DNA of 64,000 nt from NCBI GenBank assembly GCA_964016885.1, contig OZ024744.1:15376001-15440000 (forward strand), given 5' to 3'. The notes under the pieces are model-generated. The model was given only the letters and a program-made list of their open reading frames with translations. It had not been told where the DNA came from and made no database searches. The DNA is from Eledone cirrhosa. Lineage: Eukaryota. This document shows positions 30,474-45,891 of the stretch, in pieces (the first letter of the stretch is position 1; every line of letters starts with the position of its first letter). Position numbers and translations under genes: made by a program.

Positions 30474-32037
30474 TACACATTCTCCCACAAAAGTCCACCC
30501 ATTCCCACAAGTAATGGCAAATGTCTAAAACTCTCTCACATATACACTCTCTCTGTCTCTCACATACACTCTCCCACAAAAGTCCACCCATTCCCACTAG
30601 TAATGGCAAATGTCCAAAACTCTCTCACATATACACTCTCTCTCACATACACACTCTCCCACAAAAGTCCACCCATTCCCACAAGTAATGGCTAATGTCC
30701 AAAACTCTCTCACATATACACTCTCTCTCTCTCACATACACACTCTCCCACAAAAGTCCACCCATTCCCACAAGTAATGGCAAATGTCCAAAACTCTCTG
30801 ACATATACACTCTCTCTCTCTCACATACACACTCTCCCACAAAAGTCCACCCATTCCCACAAGTAATGGCAAATATCCAAAACTCTCTCACATATACACT
30901 CTCTCTCTCTCACATACACACTCTCCCACAAAAGTCCACCCATTCCCACAAGTAATGGAAAATATCCAAAACTGTCTCACATATACACTCTCTATCACAT
31001 ACACACTCTCCCACAAAAGTCCACCCATTCCCACAAGTAATGGCAAAAGTCCAAAACTCTCTCACATATACACTCTCTCTCTCTCACATACACACTCTCC
31101 CACAAAAGTCCACCCATTCCCACAAGTAATGACAAATGTCCAAAACTCTCTCACATATACACTCTCTCTCTCTCACATACACACTCTCCCACAAAAGTCC
31201 ACCCATTCCCACAAGTAATGGCAAATGTCCAAAACTCTCTCACATATACACTCTCTCTCTCTCACATACACACTCTCCCACAAAAGTCCACCCATTCCCA
31301 CAAGTAATGGCAAATGTCCAATACTCTCTCACATATACACTCTCTCTCTCTCACATACACACTCTCCCACAAAAGTCCACCCATTCCCACAAGTAATGGC
31401 AAATGTCCAAAACTCTCTCACATATACACTCTCTCTCTCTCTCACATACACACTCTCCCACAAAAGTCCACCCATTCCCACAAATAATGGCAAATGTCCA
31501 AAACTCTCTCACATATACACTCTCTCTCCCTCTCACATACACACTCTCCCACAAAAGTCCACCCATTCCCACAAGTAATGGCAAATATCCAAAACTCTCA
31601 CATATACACTCTCTCTCTCTCTCACATACACACTCTCCCACAAAAGTCCACCCATTCCCACAAGTAATGGAAAATGTCCAAAACTGTCTCACATATACAC
31701 TCTCTCTCACATACACACTCTCCCACAAAAGTCCACCCATTCTCACAAGTAATGGCAAATGTCCAAAACTCTCTCACATACACACTCTCCCACAAAAGTC
31801 CACCCATTCCCACAAGTAATGGCAAATGTCCAAAACTCTCTCACATATACACTCTCTCTCTCTCTCTCTCTCTCACATACACACTCTCCCACAAAAGTCC
31901 ACGCATTCCCACAAGTAATGGCAAATGTCCAAAACTCTCTCACATATACACTCTCTCTCTCTCACATACACACTCTCACACAAAAGTCCACCCATTCCAA
32001 CAAGTAATGGCAAATGTCCAAAACTCTCTCACATATA

Positions 32038-32081
<44 letters not shown>

Positions 32082-33415
32082 TACACACTCTCCCACAAAA
32101 GTCCACCCATTCCCACAAGTAATGGCAAATGTCCAAAACTCTCACACATATACACTCTCTCTCTCTCACATACACACTCTCCCACAAAAGTCCACCCATT
32201 CCCACTAGTAATGGCAAATGTCCAAAACTCTCTCACATATACACTCTCTCTCACATACACACTCTCCCACAAAAGTCCACCCATTCCCACAATTAATGGC
32301 AAATGTCCAAAACTCTCTCACATATACACTCTCTCTCTCTCACATACACACTCTCCCACAAAAGTCCACCCATTCCCACAAGTAATGGCAAATGTCCAAA
32401 ACTCCCTCACATATACACTCTCTCTCTCTCTCACATACACACTCTCCCACAAAAGTCCACCCATTCCCACAAGTAATGGCAAATGTCCAAAACTCTCTCA
32501 CATACACACTCTCCCACAAAAGTCCACCCATTCCCACAAGTAATGTCAAATGTCCAAAACTCTCTCACATATACACTATCTCTCTCTCACATACACACTC
32601 TCCCACAAAAGTCCACCCATTCCCACTAGTAATGGCAAATGTCCAAAACTCTCTCACATATACACTCTCTCTCACATACACACTCTCCCACAAAAGTCCA
32701 CCCATTCCCACAAGTAATGGCAAATGTCCAAAACTCTCTCACATATACACTCTCTCTCTCTCACAAAAGTCCACCGATTCCCACAAGTAATGGCAAATGT
32801 CCAAAACTCTCTCACATATACAATCTCTCTCTCTCTCACATACACACTCTCCCACAAAAGTCCACCCATTCCCACAAGTAATGGCAAATGTCCAAAATTC
32901 TCTCACATACACACTCTCCCACAAAAGTCCACCCATTCCCACAAGTAGTGGCAAATGTCCAAAACTCTCTCACATCTACACTCTCTCTCTCTCTCACATA
33001 CACACTCTCCCACAAAAGTCCACCCATTCTCACAAGTAATGGCAAATGTTCAAAACTCTCTCACATATACACTCTCTCTCTCTCTCACATACACACTCTC
33101 CCACAAAAGTCCACCCATTCCCACAAGTAATGGCAAATGTCCAAAACTCTCTCACATATACACTCTCTCTCTCTCTCACATACACACTCTCCCACAAAAG
33201 TCCACCCATTCCCACAAGTAATGGCAAATGTCCAAAACTCTCTCACATATACACTCTGTCTCTCTCACATACACACTCTCCCACAAAAGTCCACCCATTC
33301 CAACAAGTAATGGCAAATGTCCAAAACTCTCTCACATATACACTCTCTCTCTCTCTCTCTCTCTCACATACACATTCTCCCACAAAAGTCCACCCATTCC
33401 CACAAGTAATGGCAA

Positions 33416-34924
33416 ATGTCTAAAACACTCTCACATATACACTCTCTCTCTCACATACACTCTCCCACAAAAGTCCAGCCATTCCCACTAGTAATGGCAA
33501 ATGTCCAAAACTCTCTCACATATACACTCTCTCTCACATACACACTCTCCCACAAAAGTCCACCCATTCCCACAAGTAATGGCAAATGTCCAAAACTCTC
33601 TCACATATACACTCTCTCTCTCTCACATACACACTCTCCCACAAAAGTCCACCCATTCCCACAAGTAATGGCAAATGTCCAAAACTCTCTCACATATACA
33701 CTCTCTCTCTCTCTCACATACACACTCTCCCACAAAAGTCCACCCATTCCCACAAGTAATGGCAAATGTCCAAAACTCTCTCACATACACACTCTCCCAC
33801 AAAAGTCCACCCATTCCCACAAGTAGTGGCAAATGTCCAAAATTCTCTCACATATACACTCTCTCTCTCTCACATACACACTCTCCCACAAAATCCACCC
33901 ATTCCCACAAGTAATGGCAAATGTCCAAATCTCTCTCACATATACACTCTCTCTCTCTCTCACATACACACTCTCCCACAAAAGTCCACCCATTCCCACA
34001 AGTAATGGCAAATGTCCAAAACTCTCTCACATATAAACTCTCTCTCTCTCACATACACACTCTCCCACAAAAGTCCACCCATTCCCACAAGTAATGGCAA
34101 TTGTCCAAAACTCTCTCACATATACACTCTCTCTCTCTCTCTCACATACACACTCTCCCACAAAAGTCCACCAATTCCCACAAGTAATGGCAAGCGTCCA
34201 AAACTCTCTCACATATACACTCTCTCTCTCTCTCTCACATACACACTCTCCCACAAAAGTCCACCCATTCCCACAAGTAATGGCAAATATCCAAACACTC
34301 TCTCACATATACACTCTCTCTCTCTCACATACACACTCTCCCACAAAAGTCCACCCATTCCCACAAGTAATGACAAATGTCCAAAACTCTCTCTCTCTCA
34401 CATACACACTCTCCCACAAAAGTCCACCCATTCCCACAAGTAATGGCAAATGTCCAATACTCTCTCACATATACACACTCTCTCTCTCACATACACACTC
34501 TCCCACAAAAGTCCACCCATTCCCACAAGTAATGGCAAATGTCCAAAAGTTTCTCACATATACACTCTCTCTCTCTCACATACACACTCTCCCACAAAAG
34601 TCCACCCATTCTCACAAGTAATGGCAAATGTCTAAAACTCTCTCACATATACACTCTCTCTCTCTCTCACATACACACTCTCCCACAAAAGTCCACCCAT
34701 TCCCACAAGTAATGGCAAATGTCCAAAACTCTCTCACATATACACTCTCTCTCTCTCTCACATACACACTCTCCCACAAAAGTCCACGCATTCCCACAAG
34801 TAATGGCAAATGTCCAAAACTCTCTCACATATACACTCTCTCTCTCTCACATACACACTCTCCCACAAAAGTCCACCCATTCCAACAAGTAATGGCAAAT
34901 GTCCAAAACTCTCTCACATATACA

Positions 34925-34965
<41 letters not shown>

Positions 34966-37464
34966 CCACAAAAGTCCACCCATTCCCACAAGTAATGGCA
35001 AATGTCCAATACTCTCTCACATATACACACTCTCTCTCTCACATACACACTCTCCCACAAAAGTCCACCCATTCCCACAAGTAATGGCAAATGTCCAAAA
35101 CTCTCTCACATATACACTCTCTCTCTCTCACATACACACTCTCCCACAAAAGTCCACCCATTCCCACAATTAATGGCAAATGTCCAAAACTCTCTCACAT
35201 ATACACTCTCTCTCCCTCTCACATACACACTCTCCCACAAAAGTCCACCCATTCCCACAAGTAATGGCAAATGTCCAAAACTCTCTCACATATACACTCT
35301 CTCTCTCTCTCACATAAAACTCTCCCACAAAAGTCCACCCATTCCCACAAGTAATGGCAAATGTCCAAAACTCTCTCACATACACACTCTCCCACAAAAG
35401 TCCACCTATTCCCACAAGTAATGGCAAATGTCCAAAACTCTCTCACATATACACTCTCTCTCTCTCACATACACACTCTCCCACAAAAGTCCACCCATTC
35501 CCACTAGTAATGGCAAATGTCCAAAACTCTCTCACATATACACTCTCTCTCTCTCTCACATACACACTCTCCCACAAAAGTCCACCCATTCCCACAAGTA
35601 ATGGCAAATGTCCAAAACTCTCTCACATACACACTCTCCCACAAAAGTCCACCCATTCCCACAAGTAGTGGCAAATGTCCAAAACTCTCTCACATCTACA
35701 CTCTCTCTCTCTCACATACACACTCTCCCACAAAAGTCCACCCATTCTCACAAGTAATGGCAAATGTCCAAAACTCTCTCACATATACACTCTCTCTCTC
35801 TCTCACATACACACTCTCCCACAAAAGTCCACCCATTCCCACAAGTAATGGCAAATGTCCAAAACTCTCTCACATATACACTCTCTCTCTCTCTCACATA
35901 CACACTCTCCCACAAAAGTCCACCCATTCCCACAAGTAATGGCAAATGTCCAAAACTCTCTCACATATACACTCTCTCTCTCTCACATACACACTCTCCC
36001 ACAAAAGTCCACCCATTCCAACAAGTAATGGCAAATGTCCAAAACTCTCTCACATATACACTCTCTCTCTCTCTCTCTCACATACACACTCTCCCCCAAA
36101 AGTCCACCCATTCCCACAAGTAATGGCAAATGTCTAAAACTCTCTCACATATACACTCTCTCTCTCTCACATACACTCTCCCACAAAGGTCCACCCATTC
36201 CCACTAGTAATGGCAAATGTCCAAAATTCTCTCACATATACACTCTCTCTCACATACACACTCTCCCACAAAAGTCCACCCATTCCCACAAGTAATGGCA
36301 AATGTCCAAAACTCTCTCACATATACACTCTCTCTCTCTCACATACACACTCTCCCACAAAAGTCCACCCATTCCCACAAGTAATGGCAAATGTCCAAAA
36401 CTCTCTCACATATACACTCTCTCTCTCTCTCACATACACACTCTCCCACAAAAGTCCACCCATTCCCACAAGTAATAGCAAATGTCCAAAACTCTCTCAC
36501 ATACACACTCTCCCACAAAAGTCCACCCATTCCCACAAGTAGTGGCAAATGTCCAAAACTCTCTCACATATACACTCTCTCACATACACACTCTCCCACA
36601 AAAGTCAACCCATTCCCACAAGTAATGGCAAATGTCCAAAACTCTCTCACATATACACTCTCTCTCTCTCTCACATACACACTCTCCCACAAAAGTCGAC
36701 ACATTCCCACAAGTAATGGCAAATGTCCAAAACTCTCTCACATATACACTCTCTCTCTCTCACATACACACTCTCCCACAAAAGTCCACCCATTCCCACA
36801 AGTAATGGCAAATGTCCAAAACTCTCTCACATATACACTCTCTCTCTCTCTCTCACATACACACTCTCCCACAAAAGTCCACCCATTCCCACAAGTAATG
36901 GCAAGTGTCCAAAACTCTCTCACATATACACTCTCTCTCTCTCACATGCACACTCTCCCACAAAAGTCCACCCATTCCCACAAGTAATGGCAAATATCCA
37001 AAACTCTATCACATATACACTCTCTCTCTCTCTCACATACACACTCTCCCACAAAAGTCCACCCATTCCCACAAGTAATGACAAATGTCCAAAACTCTCT
37101 CACATATACACTCTCTCTCTCTCACATACACACTCTCCCACAAAAGTCCACCCATTCCCACAAGTAATGGCAAATGTCCAAAACTCCCTCACATATACAC
37201 TCTCTCTCTCTCAAATACACACTCTCCCACAAAAGTCCACCCATTCCCACAAGTAATGGCAAATGTCCAATACTCTCTCACATATACACACTCTCTCTCT
37301 CACATACACACTCTCCCACAAAAGTCCACCCATTCCCACAAGTAATGGCAAATGTCCAAAACTCTCTCACATATACACTCTCTCTCTCTCACATACACAC
37401 TCTCCCACAAAAGTCCACCCATTCCAACAAGTAATGGCAAATGTCCAAAACTCTCTCACATATG

Positions 37465-37504
<40 letters not shown>

Positions 37505-40500
37505 TACACACTCTCCCACAAAAGTCCACCCATTCCCACAAGTAATGGCAAATGTCCAATACTCTCTCACATATACACACTCTCTCTCTCACATACACAC
37601 TCTCCCACAAAAGTCCACCCATTCCCACAAGTAATGGCAAATGTCCAAAACTCTCTCACATATACACTCTCTCTCTCTCACATACACACTCTCCCACAAA
37701 AGTCCACCCATTCCCACAATTAATGGCAAATATCCAAAACTCTCTCACATATACACTCTCTCTCCCTCTCACATACACACTCTCCCACAAAAGTCCACCC
37801 ATTCCCACAAGTAATGGCAAATGTCCAAAACTCTCTCACATATACACTCTCTCTCTCTCTCACATACACACTCTCCCACAAAAGTCCACCCATTCCCACA
37901 AGTAATGGCAAATGTCCAAAACTCTCTCACATATACACTCTCTCTCTCTCACATACACACTCTCCCACAAAAGTCCACCCATTCCCACTAGTAATGGCAA
38001 ATGTCCAAAACTCTCTCACATATACACTCTCTCTCTCTCTCACATAAACACTCTCCCACAAAAGTGCACCCATTCCCACTAGTAATGGCAAATGTCCAAA
38101 ACTCTCTCACATACACACTCTCCCACAAAAGTCCACCCATTTCCACAAGTAATGGCAAGTGTCCAAAACTCTCTCACATATACACTCTCTCTCTCTCACA
38201 TACACACTCTCCCACAAAAGTCCACCCATTCCCACAAGTAATGACAAATATCCAAAACTCTCTCACATATACACTCTCTCTCTCTCACATACACACTCTC
38301 CCACAAAAGTCCACCCATTCCCACAAGTAATGACAAATGTCCAAAACTCTCTCACATATACACTCTCTCTCTCTCACATACACACTCTCCCACAAAAGTC
38401 CACCCATTCCCACAAGTAATGGCAAATGTCCAAAACTCCCTCACATATACACTCTCTCTCTCTCACATACACACTCTCCCACAAAAGTCCACCCATTCCC
38501 ACAAGTAATGGCAAATGTCCAATACTCTCTCACATATACACACTCTCTCTCTCTCTCTCACATAAACACTCTCCCACAAAAGTCCACCCATTCCCACAAG
38601 TAATGGCAAATGTCCAAAACTCTCTCACATATACACTCTCTCTCTCTCACATACACACTCTCCCACAAAAGTCCACCCATTCCAACAAGTAATGGCAAAT
38701 GTCCAAAACTCTCTCACATATGCACTCTCTCTCTCTCTCTCTCTCTCTCACACATACACACTCTCCCACAAAAGTCCACCCATTCCCACAAGTAATGGCA
38801 AATGTCCAATACTCTCTCACATATACACACTCTCTCTCTTACATACACACTCTCCCACAAAAGTCCACCCATTCCCACAAGTAATGGCAAATGTCCAAAA
38901 CTCTCTCACATACACACTCTCCCACAAAAGTCCACCCATTCCCACAATTAATGGCAAATGTCCAAAACTCTCTCACATATACACTCTCTCTCCCTCTCAC
39001 ATACACACTCTCCCACAAAAGTCCACCCATTCCCACAAGTAATGGCAAATGTCCAAAACTCTCTCACATATACACTCTCTCTCTCTCACATACACACTCT
39101 CCCACAAAAGTCCACCCATTCCCACTAGTAATGGCAAATGTCCAAAATTCTCTCACATATACACTCTCTCTCTCTCTCACATACACACTCTCCCACAAAA
39201 GTCCACCCATTCCCACTAGTAATGGCAAATGTCCAAAACTCTCTCACATACACACTCTCCCACAAAAGTCCACCCATTCCCACAAGTAATGGCAAATATC
39301 CAAAACTCTCTCACATATACACTCTCTCTCTCTCACATACACACTCTCCCACAAAAGTCCACCCATTCCCACAAGTAATGACAAATGTCCAAAACTCTCT
39401 CACATATACACTCTCTCTCTCTCACATACACACTCTCCCACAAAAGTCCACCCATTCCCACAAGTAATGGCAAATGTCTAAAACACTCTCACATATACAC
39501 TCTCTCTCTCTCACATACACTCTCCCACAAAAGTCCAGCCATTCCCACTAGTAATGGCAAATGTCCAAAACTCTCTCACATATACACTCTCTCTCACATA
39601 CACACTCTCCCACAAAAGTCCACCCATTCCCACAAGTAATGGCAAATGTCCAAAACTCTCTCACATATACACTCTCTCTCTCTCACATACACACTCTCCC
39701 ACAAAAGTCCACCCATTCCCACAAGTAATGGCAAATGTCCAAAACTCTCTCACATATACACTCTCTCTCTCTCTCACATACACACTCTCCCACAAAAGTC
39801 CACCCATTCCCACAAGTAATGGCAAATGTCCAAAACTCTCTCACATACACACTCTCCCACAAAAGTCCACCCATTCCCACAAGTAGTGGCAAATGTCCAA
39901 AATTCTCTCACATATACACTCTCTCTCTCTCACATACACACTCTCCCACAAAATCCACCCATTCCCACAAGTAATGGCAAATGTCCAAATCTCTCTCACA
40001 TATACACTCTCTCTCTCTCTCACATACACACTCTCCCACAAAAGTCCACCCATTCCCACAAGTAATGGCAAATGTCCAAAACTCTCTCACATATAAACTC
40101 TCTCTCTCTCACATACACACTCTCCCACAAAAGTCCACCCATTCCCACAAGTAATGGCAATTGTCCAAAACTCTCTCACATATACACTCTCTCTCTCTCT
40201 CTCACATACACACTCTCCCACAAAAGTCCACCCATTCCCACAAGTAATGGCAAGCGTCCAAAACTCTCTCACATATACACTCTCTCTCTCTCTCTCACAT
40301 ACACACTCTCCCACAAAAGTCCACCCATTCCCACAAGTAATGGCAAATATCCAAACACTCTCTCACATATACACTCTCTCTCTCTCACATACACACTCTC
40401 CCACAAAAGTCCACCCATTCCCACAAGTAATGACAAATGTCCAAAACTCTCTCTCTCTCACATACACACTCTCCCACAAAAGTCCACCCATTCCCACAAG

Positions 40501-40984
40501 TAATGGCAAATGTCCAATACTCTCTCACATATACACACTCTCTCTCTCACATACACACTCTCCCACAAAAGTCCACCCATTCCCACAAGTAATGGCAAAT
40601 GTCCAAAAGTTTCTCACATATACACTCTCTCTCTCTCACATACACACTCTCCCACAAAAGTCCACCCATTCTCACAAGTAATGGCAAATGTCTAAAACTC
40701 TCTCACATATACACTCTCTCTCTCTCTCACATACACACTCTCCCACAAAAGTCCACCCATTCCCACAAGTAATGGCAAATGTCCAAAACTCTCTCACATA
40801 TACACTCTCTCTCTCTCTCACATACACACTCTCCCACAAAAGTCCACGCATTCCCACAAGTAATGGCAAATGTCCAAAACTCTCTCACATATACACTCTC
40901 TCTCTCTCACATACACACTCTCCCACAAAAGTCCACCCATTCCAACAAGTAATGGCAAATGTCCAAAACTCTCTCACATATACA

Positions 40985-41025
<41 letters not shown>

Positions 41026-43524
41026 CCACAAAAGTCCACCCATTCCCACAAGTAATGGCAAATGTCCAATACTCTCTCACATATACACACTCTCTCTCTC
41101 ACATACACACTCTCCCACAAAAGTCCACCCATTCCCACAAGTAATGGCAAATGTCCAAAACTCTCTCACATATACACTCTCTCTCTCTCACATACACACT
41201 CTCCCACAAAAGTCCACCCATTCCCACAATTAATGGCAAATGTCCAAAACTCTCTCACATATACACTCTCTCTCCCTCTCACATACACACTCTCCCACAA
41301 AAGTCCACCCATTCCCACAAGTAATGGCAAATGTCCAAAACTCTCTCACATATACACTCTCTCTCTCTCTCACATAAAACTCTCCCACAAAAGTCCACCC
41401 ATTCCCACAAGTAATGGCAAATGTCCAAAACTCTCTCACATACACACTCTCCCACAAAAGTCCACCTATTCCCACAAGTAATGGCAAATGTCCAAAACTC
41501 TCTCACATATACACTCTCTCTCTCTCACATACACACTCTCCCACAAAAGTCCACCCATTCCCACTAGTAATGGCAAATGTCCAAAACTCTCTCACATATA
41601 CACTCTCTCTCTCTCTCACATACACACTCTCCCACAAAAGTCCACCCATTCCCACAAGTAATGGCAAATGTCCAAAACTCTCTCACATACACACTCTCCC
41701 ACAAAAGTCCACCCATTCCCACAAGTAGTGGCAAATGTCCAAAACTCTCTCACATCTACACTCTCTCTCTCTCACATACACACTCTCCCACAAAAGTCCA
41801 CCCATTCTCACAAGTAATGGCAAATGTCCAAAACTCTCTCACATATACACTCTCTCTCTCTCTCACATACACACTCTCCCACAAAAGTCCACCCATTCCC
41901 ACAAGTAATGGCAAATGTCCAAAACTCTCTCACATATACACTCTCTCTCTCTCTCACATACACACTCTCCCACAAAAGTCCACCCATTCCCACAAGTAAT
42001 GGCAAATGTCCAAAACTCTCTCACATATACACTCTCTCTCTCTCACATACACACTCTCCCACAAAAGTCCACCCATTCCAACAAGTAATGGCAAATGTCC
42101 AAAACTCTCTCACATATACACTCTCTCTCTCTCTCTCTCACATACACACTCTCCCCCAAAAGTCCACCCATTCCCACAAGTAATGGCAAATGTCTAAAAC
42201 TCTCTCACATATACACTCTCTCTCTCTCACATACACTCTCCCACAAAGGTCCACCCATTCCCACTAGTAATGGCAAATGTCCAAAATTCTCTCACATATA
42301 CACTCTCTCTCACATACACACTCTCCCACAAAAGTCCACCCATTCCCACAAGTAATGGCAAATGTCCAAAACTCTCTCACATATACACTCTCTCTCTCTC
42401 ACATACACACTCTCCCACAAAAGTCCACCCATTCCCACAAGTAATGGCAAATGTCCAAAACTCTCTCACATATACACTCTCTCTCTCTCTCACATACACA
42501 CTCTCCCACAAAAGTCCACCCATTCCCACAAGTAATAGCAAATGTCCAAAACTCTCTCACATACACACTCTCCCACAAAAGTCCACCCATTCCCACAAGT
42601 AGTGGCAAATGTCCAAAACTCTCTCACATATACACTCTCTCACATACACACTCTCCCACAAAAGTCAACCCATTCCCACAAGTAATGGCAAATGTCCAAA
42701 ACTCTCTCACATATACACTCTCTCTCTCTCTCACATACACACTCTCCCACAAAAGTCGACACATTCCCACAAGTAATGGCAAATGTCCAAAACTCTCTCA
42801 CATATACACTCTCTCTCTCTCACATACACACTCTCCCACAAAAGTCCACCCATTCCCACAAGTAATGGCAAATGTCCAAAACTCTCTCACATATACACTC
42901 TCTCTCTCTCTCTCACATACACACTCTCCCACAAAAGTCCACCCATTCCCACAAGTAATGGCAAGTGTCCAAAACTCTCTCACATATACACTCTCTCTCT
43001 CTCACATACACACTCTCCCACAAAAGTCCACCCATTCCCACAAGTAATGGCAAATATCCAAAACTCTATCACATATACACTCTCTCTCTCTCTCACATAC
43101 ACACTCTCCCACAAAAGTCCACCCATTCCCACAAGTAATGACAAATGTCCAAAACTCTCTCACATATACACTCTCTCTCTCTCACATACACACTCTCCCA
43201 CAAAAGTCCACCCATTCCCACAAGTAATGGCAAATGTCCAAAACTCCCTCACATATACACTCTCTCTCTCTCAAATACACACTCTCCCACAAAAGTCCAC
43301 CCATTCCCACAAGTAATGGCAAATGTCCAATACTCTCTCACATATACACACTCTCTCTCTCACATACACACTCTCCCACAAAAGTCCACCCATTCCCACA
43401 AGTAATGGCAAATGTCCAAAACTCTCTCACATATACACTCTCTCTCTCTCACATACACACTCTCCCACAAAAGTCCACCCATTCCAACAAGTAATGGCAA
43501 ATGTCCAAAACTCTCTCACATATG

Positions 43525-43566
<42 letters not shown>

Positions 43567-45622
43567 TACACACTCTCCCACAAAAGTCCACCCATTCCCA
43601 CAAGTAATGGCAAATGTCCAATACTCTCTCACATATACACACTCTCTCTCTCACATACACACTCTCCCACAAAAGTCCACCCATTCCCACAAGTAATGGC
43701 AAATGTCCAAAACTCTCTCACATATACACTCTCTCTCTCTCACATACACACTCTCCCACAAAAGTCCACCCATTCCCACAATTAATGGCAAATATCCAAA
43801 ACTCTCTCACATATACACTCTCTCTCCCTCTCACATACACACTCTCCCACAAAAGTCCACCCATTCCCACAAGTAATGGCAAATGTCCAAAACTCTCTCA
43901 CATATACACTCTCTCTCTCTCTCACATACACACTCTCCCACAAAAGTCCACCCATTCCCACAAGTAATGGCAAATGTCCAAAACTCTCTCACATATACAC
44001 TCTCTCTCTCTCACATACACACTCTCCCACAAAAGTCCACCCATTCCCACTAGTAATGGCAAATGTCCAAAACTCTCTCACATATACACTCTCTCTCTCT
44101 CTCACATAAACACTCTCCCACAAAAGTCCACCCATTCCCACTAGTAATGGCAAATGTCCAAAACTCTCTCACATACACACTCTCCCACAAAAGTCCACCC
44201 ATTTCCACAAGTAATGGCAAGTGTCCAAAACTCTCTCACATATACACTCTCTCTCTCTCACATACACACTCTCCCACAAAAGTCCACCCATTCCCACAAG
44301 TAATGACAAATATCCAAAACTCTCTCACATATACACTCTCTCTCTCTCACATACACACTCTCCCACAAAAGTCCACCCATTCCCACAAGTAATGACAAAT
44401 GTCCAAAACTCTCTCACATATACACTCTCTCTCTCTCACATACACACTCTCCCACAAAAGTCCACCCATTCCCACAAGTAATGGCAAATGTCCAAAACTC
44501 CCTCACATATACACTCTCTCTCTCTCACATACACACTCTCCCACAAAAGTCCACCCATTCCCACAAGTAATGGCAAATGTCCAATACTCTCTCACATATA
44601 CACACTCTCTCTCTCTCACATAAACACTCTCCCACAAAAGTCCACCCATTCCCACAAGTAATGGCAAATGTCCAAAACTCTCTCACATATACACTCTCTC
44701 TCTCTCACATACACACTCTCCCACAAAAGTCCACCCATTCCAACAAGTAATGGCAAATGTTCAAAACTCTCTCACATATGCACTCTCTCTCTCTCTCTCT
44801 CTCTCTCACACATACACACTCTCCCACAAAAGTCCACCCATTCCCACAAGTAATGGCAAATGTCCAATACTCTCTCACATATACACACTCTCTCTCTTAC
44901 ATACACACTCTCCCACAAAAGTCCACCCATTCCCACAAGTAATGGCAAATGTCCAAAACTCTCTCACATACACACTCTCCCACAAAAGTCCACCCATTCC
45001 CACAATTAATGGCAAATGTCCAAAACTCTCTCACATATACACTCTCTCTCCCTCTCACATACACACTCTCCCACAAAAGTCCACCCATTCCCACAAGTAA
45101 TGGCAAATGTCCAAAACTCTCTCACATATACACTCTCTCTCTCTCTCACATACACACTCTCCCACAAAAGTCCACCCATTCCCACAAGTAATGGCAAATG
45201 TCCAAAACTCTCTCACATATACACTCTCTCTCTCTCACATACACACTCTCCCACAAAAGTCCACCCATTCCCACTAGTAATGGCAAATGTCCAAAACTCT
45301 CTCACATATACACTCTCTCTCTCTCTCACATACACACTCTCCCACAAAAGTCCACCCATTCCCACTAGTAATGGCAAATGTCCAAAACTCTCTCACATAC
45401 ACACTCTCCCACAAAAGTCCACCCATTCCCACAAGTAATGGCAAATATCCAAAACTCTCTCACATATACACTCTCTCTCTCTCACATACACACTCTCCCA
45501 CAAAAGTCCACCCATTCCCACAAGTAATGACAAATGTCCAAAACTCTCTCACATATACACTCTCTCTCTCTCACATACACACTCTCCCACAAAAGTCCAC
45601 CCATTCCCACAAGTAATGGCAA
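33416..45622. repeat. Tandem higher-order duplication, unit ~6060 bp (33416-39473 / 39474-45622)
   Basis: Private variants GTCCAGCC, CACAAAATCCA, CAATTGTCC, CAAGCGTCC, AAAAGTTTCTC and GTCGAC (36695/42755) recur at +6060. Copy 2 has one extra 91-bp monomer near 45107. Confidence 0.93.
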
Positions 45623-45891
45623 ATGTCCAATACTCTCTCACATATACACACTCTCTCTCTCACATACACACTCTCCCACAAAAGTCCACCCATTCCCACA
45701 AGTAATGGCAAATGTCCAAAACTTTCTCACATATACACTCTCTCTCTCTCACATACATACTCTCCCACAAAAGTCCACCCATTCTCACAAGTAATGGCAA
45801 ATGTCTAAAACTCTCTCACATATACACTCTCTCTCTCTCTCACATACACACTCTCCCACAAAAGTCCACCCATTCCCACAAGTAATGGCAA

